From contig CALRCB010000001.1 of assembly GCA_943354455.1 (NCBI GenBank), positions 1 through 38,952 of the forward strand: 38,952 bases of DNA. Direction: 5' to 3'. The notes below the pieces were generated by a model that was not told where the DNA came from, did no database searches, and was given only the letters and a program-made list of their open reading frames with translations. Numbering within the stretch: the stretch's first letter is position 1; each line of letters begins with the position of its first letter. The translations under genes and the position numbers were made by a program. The DNA is from Candidatus Staskawiczbacteria bacterium (GTDB lineage: Bacteria; Patescibacteriota; Minisyncoccia; Minisyncoccales; Staskawiczbacteraceae). This document shows positions 34,260 to 38,952 of this stretch, one piece after another.

Positions 34260-36683
34260 ATGGAAGGGGGAAAAAATATTTTGTGGTTTAAAGAACTGGG
34301 GATTAAAGATGTCCCTGATGTTGGCGGAAAGAATGCTTCCTTGGGGGAAATGTATAATAATTTACTTACCAAAGGTGTAAATCTTGCCAATGGTTTTGCC
34401 ACCACTTCTGGTGCATATTTTTATTTTTTAGATAATACTGGCTTGACAAAACAAATTGAAGAAATTTTAAAAGATGTTGATGTTCATGATTTAAAAAGTT
34501 TGCAACAAAAAGGAAAGAAAGTAAGAGAATTAATTATTGCATCAACTCTACCACATGCTCTACGGGAAGATATTATTAAGTCTTACTTAGAATTATCGCG
34601 ATTATATTATGTGGAAAATACGGACGTAGCTGTGCGGTCTTCAGCCACTGCCGAAGATTTGCCTGGCGCTAGTTTTGCCGGCCAACAAGAAACTTTTTTA
34701 AATATTACTGGAGCTGAAAATGTGTTAATAGCAGTTAAAAAATGCTTTGCTTCTTTGTTTACTGACAGGGCTATTGTTTACCGGCAAGAAATGGGGTTTG
34801 CCCATTCAAAGGTTGGGCTTTCTGCGGGAATCCAAAAAATGGTACGTTCTGATATGGGAGCTTCTGGTGTAATGTTTTCTTGCGATACTGAATCGGGTTT
34901 TGCCGATGCGGTTTTGATAAATGCGAGCCTTGGTTTGGGCGAAAATGTGGTATTGGGAAGAGTTGAGCCAGACCAATATTATGTTTTTGAAACCACTCTT
35001 CGAATTGGCAATACTCAAGGTAAACCATATAGACCAATTATTGAAAAGAAGATTGGGTCAAAATTGGTGAAGATGATTTATACTAAAGACCCAAAGGCAC
35101 CGACTAAAAATATTGCCACCACGCCAAAAGAACGTCATAATTTTGTGTTAACTGATGATGAAATTTTGCAATTGGCCAAGTGGTCAATGATTGTGGAAGA
35201 ACACTATAAAAAACCGATGGACATGGAATGGGCCAAAGACGGTAAAGAAAATAAATTATACATTGTACAGGCTCGGCCAGAAACCGTACAAAGCAAGCGG
35301 AATTTAAGTGTACTGGAAGATTATGTGTTGGAAAAATCTGCTGACAAAAAAGTGATTGCCCAAGGAATGAGCGTGGGAGGAAAAATTGGATCTGGAAAAG
35401 CCAATAAAATCATGTCGGCCAAAGACATTAATAAATTTAAAAAAGGGGAAGTGCTGGTTACCGGCATGACTGACCCCGACTGGGTGCCAGCTATGAAGCT
35501 TGCCTCGGCCATTATTACCGACCAAGGAGGCCGAACGGCCCATGCGGCTATTGTTTCCCGCGAATTGGGGATTCCTTGCATTGTGGGGGCTGGCAATGCC
35601 ACCAAGGTGCTAAAAACCGGCCAGCCATTAACCGTTGACTGTTCGGGTGGAGAAGAAGGCTTTGTATATGAAGGGTTGATTCATTTTGAGGTTAAAAAAA
35701 CTGATATTTCAAATATTCAAAAAACCAAAACCAAGATTTCCATGAACTTGGCTGACCCGTCGCAGGCTTTTAACCTAAGTTTTATCCCCAATGACGGTGT
35801 TGGTTTGGCTCGGGAAGAATTTATTATTGCCAACACCATAAAAATCCACCCAAACGCGCTGATTAATTATAAAAAGTTAAAACCGGCATTAAGAAAACAA
35901 ATTGATGCTCTTACTTTAGGGTATACTGACAAAGCAAATTTTTACGTTGATAAATTGGCCGAGGGCGTGGGAAAGATTGGCGCGGCCTTTTACCCAAAGC
36001 AAGTTATTGTGCGGTTTTCAGATTTTAAAACTAATGAATACAGGGGATTGATTGGCGGGGATTTGTATGAACCAAAAGAAGAAAACCCGATGATTGGGTT
36101 TCGGGGGGCATCACGGTATTATAATGAAGCCTTTAAAGAAGCGTTTGTATTGGAATGTAAAGCGATTAAAAAGGTGCGCGAGGAATTTGGCATTGATAAT
36201 GTGCAGGTGATGGTGCCAATGTGCCGAACCGTGGACGAAGGCAAAAAAGTGCTTGAAATTATGAAAACGGCGGGGTTGGTAAAAGGGGAAAAAGGACTAA
36301 AAGTGTTTGTGATGTGTGAGGTGCCAAGCAACGTTATTTTAGCCAAGCAATTTTTGGAAATTTTTGACGGGTTTTCCATTGGGTCAAATGATTTAACACA
36401 ATTAACACTGGGATTAGACAGAGATAATTCCGTGGTTGCCAACGTGGCCAATGAAAAAAATGAAGCCGTAAAAATTTCAATTACAAAAGCCATTGAAGCC
36501 TGCAAAGAGGCCGGAAAATATTCTGGAATTTGTGGGCAGGCGCCAAGCGATTTTCCAGATTTTGCAGAGTGGTTGGTAGAGCAAGGAATTGAAAGCATTT
36601 CATTAAACCCCGATTCTATTATTAAAACCATGTTGGTAGTAGCCGATAAAGAAAAACAATTAAATTATTATCAAAATGTTTGA
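34260..36683 (+). CDS. ppsA: Phosphoenolpyruvate synthase
   Basis: VGGKNASLGEM, AVRSSATAED, QARPETV, GGRTAHAAI, FSIGSNDLTQ. Confidence 0.97.
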   Translation: MEGGKNILWFKELGIKDVPDVGGKNASLGEMYNNLLTKGVNLANGFATTSGAYFYFLDNTGLTKQIEEILKDVDVHDLKSLQQKGKKVRELIIASTLPHALREDIIKSYLELSRLYYVENTDVAVRSSATAEDLPGASFAGQQETFLNITGAENVLIAVKKCFASLFTDRAIVYRQEMGFAHSKVGLSAGIQKMVRSDMGASGVMFSCDTESGFADAVLINASLGLGENVVLGRVEPDQYYVFETTLRIGNTQGKPYRPIIEKKIGSKLVKMIYTKDPKAPTKNIATTPKERHNFVLTDDEILQLAKWSMIVEEHYKKPMDMEWAKDGKENKLYIVQARPETVQSKRNLSVLEDYVLEKSADKKVIAQGMSVGGKIGSGKANKIMSAKDINKFKKGEVLVTGMTDPDWVPAMKLASAIITDQGGRTAHAAIVSRELGIPCIVGAGNATKVLKTGQPLTVDCSGGEEGFVYEGLIHFEVKKTDISNIQKTKTKISMNLADPSQAFNLSFIPNDGVGLAREEFIIANTIKIHPNALINYKKLKPALRKQIDALTLGYTDKANFYVDKLAEGVGKIGAAFYPKQVIVRFSDFKTNEYRGLIGGDLYEPKEENPMIGFRGASRYYNEAFKEAFVLECKAIKKVREEFGIDNVQVMVPMCRTVDEGKKVLEIMKTAGLVKGEKGLKVFVMCEVPSNVILAKQFLEIFDGFSIGSNDLTQLTLGLDRDNSVVANVANEKNEAVKISITKAIEACKEAGKYSGICGQAPSDFPDFAEWLVEQGIESISLNPDSIIKTMLVVADKEKQLNYYQNV

Positions 36684-37650
36684 TATTATTACATTTGGGT
36701 CAGCAACGCAGGATATTTTGTTAAAACCAAAACATTTAACGGTGTTAAATTATAAAAAAGAAGTTTCGGCTAAAGAAGTCTGTTTTCCCATGGGGTCAAA
36801 AATTGATATTGAAGACATGCAGTTTAATACTGGTGGTGGTGGAACTAATACCGCGGCTACCTTTGCCTTGCAGGGTTTAAAAACTGCTTTTTGCGGAGTG
36901 ATTGGGCGCGATATTTCCGGCCAAGAAATTATCAATGAACTAAAAAAATTTAAAATAAACACCGACTTGGTGCAAACTACCGATAAAAAACGCACCAATC
37001 ATTCGGTAGTGATGTTAAATACCGGGTCAGACAGAACCATTATGGCTTATCGTGGAGCAGCGGAGTTAATGGATAAAAATAATATTCCGTGGAATAAATT
37101 AAAAACGAAGTGGCTTTATTTGGCGCCGTTGTCGGGACTGTTGTGCGACAGCTTTGAAGACTTGGTTAATTTTGCTTTTGATAAAAAAATAAAACTTGCG
37201 GTAAATCCAGGAATGGCTCAATTGTCTTTGCCGAATTTTCCACAAATTGCAAAAAAGATTGATGTGTTGATTATGAACCAAGAAGAAGCCAGTTTTTTGA
37301 CCAAAATTCCTTATGAAACCGAAAAAGAAATTTTTCAAAAAATTGATGATATGTGTTCTGGAATTGTGATAATGACAAAAGGACCAGACGGAGTCTTGGT
37401 TTCTGATGGTAACCATATATATTCGGCTGTGCCACCGGTTCACAGAATTATTGTTGATACGACCGGGGCGGGTGATTCGTTTTCATCAGGATTTTTGAGT
37501 GAATTTATCAGAACTGGCGATTTAGAAAAAGGTATTCAGTTGGGAATGGGAAATTCCGTGGGGTGCCTTTCACAAGTAGGCGCCAAAAACGGGTTGTTGA
37601 AGAAGGATCAAGAATTTGAAAAAGTAGAAGTTAAAAAGGAAAATATATGA
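36676..37650 (+). CDS. PfkB family carbohydrate kinase
   Basis: GGGGTN.A, N.EEA, T.G..G, DTTGAGDSF. Confidence 0.92.
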   Translation: MFDIITFGSATQDILLKPKHLTVLNYKKEVSAKEVCFPMGSKIDIEDMQFNTGGGGTNTAATFALQGLKTAFCGVIGRDISGQEIINELKKFKINTDLVQTTDKKRTNHSVVMLNTGSDRTIMAYRGAAELMDKNNIPWNKLKTKWLYLAPLSGLLCDSFEDLVNFAFDKKIKLAVNPGMAQLSLPNFPQIAKKIDVLIMNQEEASFLTKIPYETEKEIFQKIDDMCSGIVIMTKGPDGVLVSDGNHIYSAVPPVHRIIVDTTGAGDSFSSGFLSEFIRTGDLEKGIQLGMGNSVGCLSQVGAKNGLLKKDQEFEKVEVKKENI

Positions 37651-38069
37651 ATAAAAATATAATAAGAATTCTATATTTACTATTTAGTGCTGTTTTTTTC
37701 TATTTTATCGTCTATAAAAATTTTTCGTCATATGATCCGAGTGGCCCTTTTGCTGGTTTTGATAAGATGTTTTTATTTGTCTATTCTATTATTAATATTA
37801 TATTTTTTTTGTTTGGTGTGGGGATATTAAAGACTAATAAGTTTTCAAATATATCCCTAATATTATCATCAATTTTGTTAATTATTCACTATATATTACC
37901 ATGGGATTATTATACCACTCTTCACATTCAAAATATTCAAATTGTGTTTTTGATCAATAGAATACTATATAGCTTGAATCCCTATGTTTTTTGGCCAATT
38001 TCAGTTGTTCTTTTGATTATAGGTGCTATAGTCGCTCTTAGAGAAAAATTTTCTAACAAACTATCATAA
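37647..38069 (+). CDS. Hypothetical membrane protein (about 4 TM)
   Basis: Very AT-rich hydrophobic ORF tightly joined to both neighbours. Confidence 0.6.
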   Translation: MNKNIIRILYLLFSAVFFYFIVYKNFSSYDPSGPFAGFDKMFLFVYSIINIIFFLFGVGILKTNKFSNISLILSSILLIIHYILPWDYYTTLHIQNIQIVFLINRILYSLNPYVFWPISVVLLIIGAIVALREKFSNKLS

Positions 38070-38071
38070 AT

Positions 38072-38929
38072 ATGAAATCATTAAAACACTACTTTAAGAA
38101 AGCGTATAAAGAAAAGTTTGCTATTGGACAATTTAACTTTTCTGATTGGTCGCAGGTGAAGGGAATTTTGGCCGCCGCCCAAAATTTAAAGGCGCCGATT
38201 ATTTTAGGAACCTCGGAAGGCGAAAGCAAATATGTAGGCTTGGCTGAGGCTGTGGCCATGCGAGATGTGTTAAGAAAAAAAACCGGCCTGCCCATTTTTT
38301 TGAATTTAGACCACGGCAAATCATTTGAATATTTAAAAGAAGCCATTTTGGCGGGTTACGACATGGTGCATTTTGACGGGTCAAAATTGCCATTGGAAGA
38401 AAATATAAAAATTAGTAAAGAAGTGGTGAAATTTGCCCATTGGCGGGGGGTGGTGGTTGAAGGTGAAGTGGGAAAAATTGGAACCGATGCTTCAAGAACC
38501 TATACCGAAAAATTTGAAATAAAAGAAGAAGACTTAACCAAGCCACAAGAAGTGGTGGAATATTTAAAACAGGCAAAGGTGGACGTGCTGGCCGTTAGCG
38601 TGGGCACATTTCATGGGATGGATGTGACGGGTGTTTCACCTGACATTAGACTGGAAAAATTAAAAGAAATTACCGCGGTGGCTAATATTCCCCTGGTGTT
38701 GCATGGTGGCAGTGGTACTCCGGAAGAAAGCTTGAAACAATCAATTGCCCTGGGTATTAGTAAAATTAACATTAATACCGAAACCCGGCTGGCATTTGCT
38801 AATACCTTAAAAGCGGAACTGGAGAAAAATGAAATTACGCCTTACAAATATATGGTCGAACCCATTAAGGCGGTGCAGGCAGTAATTGAAGGAAAAATTA
38901 AGCAGTTTGGTAGCGAAGGCAAAGCATAA
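38072..38929 (+). CDS. fba: Class II fructose-bisphosphate aldolase
   Basis: LDHG, FDGS..P.EENI, VEGEVG, GTFHG, LVLHGGSG, KININTE. Confidence 0.93.
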   Translation: MKSLKHYFKKAYKEKFAIGQFNFSDWSQVKGILAAAQNLKAPIILGTSEGESKYVGLAEAVAMRDVLRKKTGLPIFLNLDHGKSFEYLKEAILAGYDMVHFDGSKLPLEENIKISKEVVKFAHWRGVVVEGEVGKIGTDASRTYTEKFEIKEEDLTKPQEVVEYLKQAKVDVLAVSVGTFHGMDVTGVSPDIRLEKLKEITAVANIPLVLHGGSGTPEESLKQSIALGISKININTETRLAFANTLKAELEKNEITPYKYMVEPIKAVQAVIEGKIKQFGSEGKA

Positions 38930-38930
38930 G

Positions 38931-38950
38931 CCTGTCTGCCGGCAGGCAGG
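38931..38950. repeat. GC-rich REP-like palindrome
   Basis: cctgtctgcc-ggcaggcagg, one G-T mismatch. Confidence 0.6.
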
Positions 38951-38952
38951 TA

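Noticed and set aside
34994..35030. Short insertion in PpsA (LRIGNTQGKP), possibly derived from a REP-like repeat
   Set aside because: Too degenerate and no second copy in the window, so it cannot be supported.
338..38393. Numerous minus-strand and alternate-frame ORFs overlapping housekeeping genes (e.g. 4460-4981, 16241-16837, 20726-21286, 36119-36631)
   Set aside because: Shadow ORFs of well-supported genes with no recognisable motifs or expression signals.
1..38952. Second VR, prophage, integrase, tRNA or rRNA genes
   Set aside because: None recognised by eye; remote DGR targets could lie outside the window.

Overview
AT-rich bacterial chromosome segment, most likely Patescibacteria/CPR (Parcubacteria-like). 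This is inferred from the absence of rpmD/L30 in the spc operon, mostly SD-less starts, Lys-rich r-protein extensions and a short AlaRS. Most of the window is housekeeping: tgt end, sod, trmH, SWIB, ComEC-like MBL, ndk, the str/S10/spc ribosomal operons through secY-adk-map, then tpiA, alaS and a glycolysis/gluconeogenesis cluster (gpmA, gapA, ppsA, pfkB, fba). The stand-out is a complete diversity-generating retroelement (about 4400-7074): target gene with variable repeat VR 5043-5170, template repeat TR 5513-5640 (16 differences, all at TR adenines), Avd-like gene and reverse transcriptase. Its layout is atypical: avd lies antisense between TR and RT, overlaps the RT start head-to-head and contains a G10/C10 tract. 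Directly downstream is an unannotated compact 6S-like ncRNA whose promoter overlaps the RT stop codon. Other signals: a dispersed structured ~75-nt element abutting the start codons of rplW, rpsE and tpiA (short form at rplB); S12 with K42R and P90G; small SD-bearing genes inserted in core operons; and two small ORFs missed by the ORF track. All alignments and pairings were done by eye; no database searches were run.
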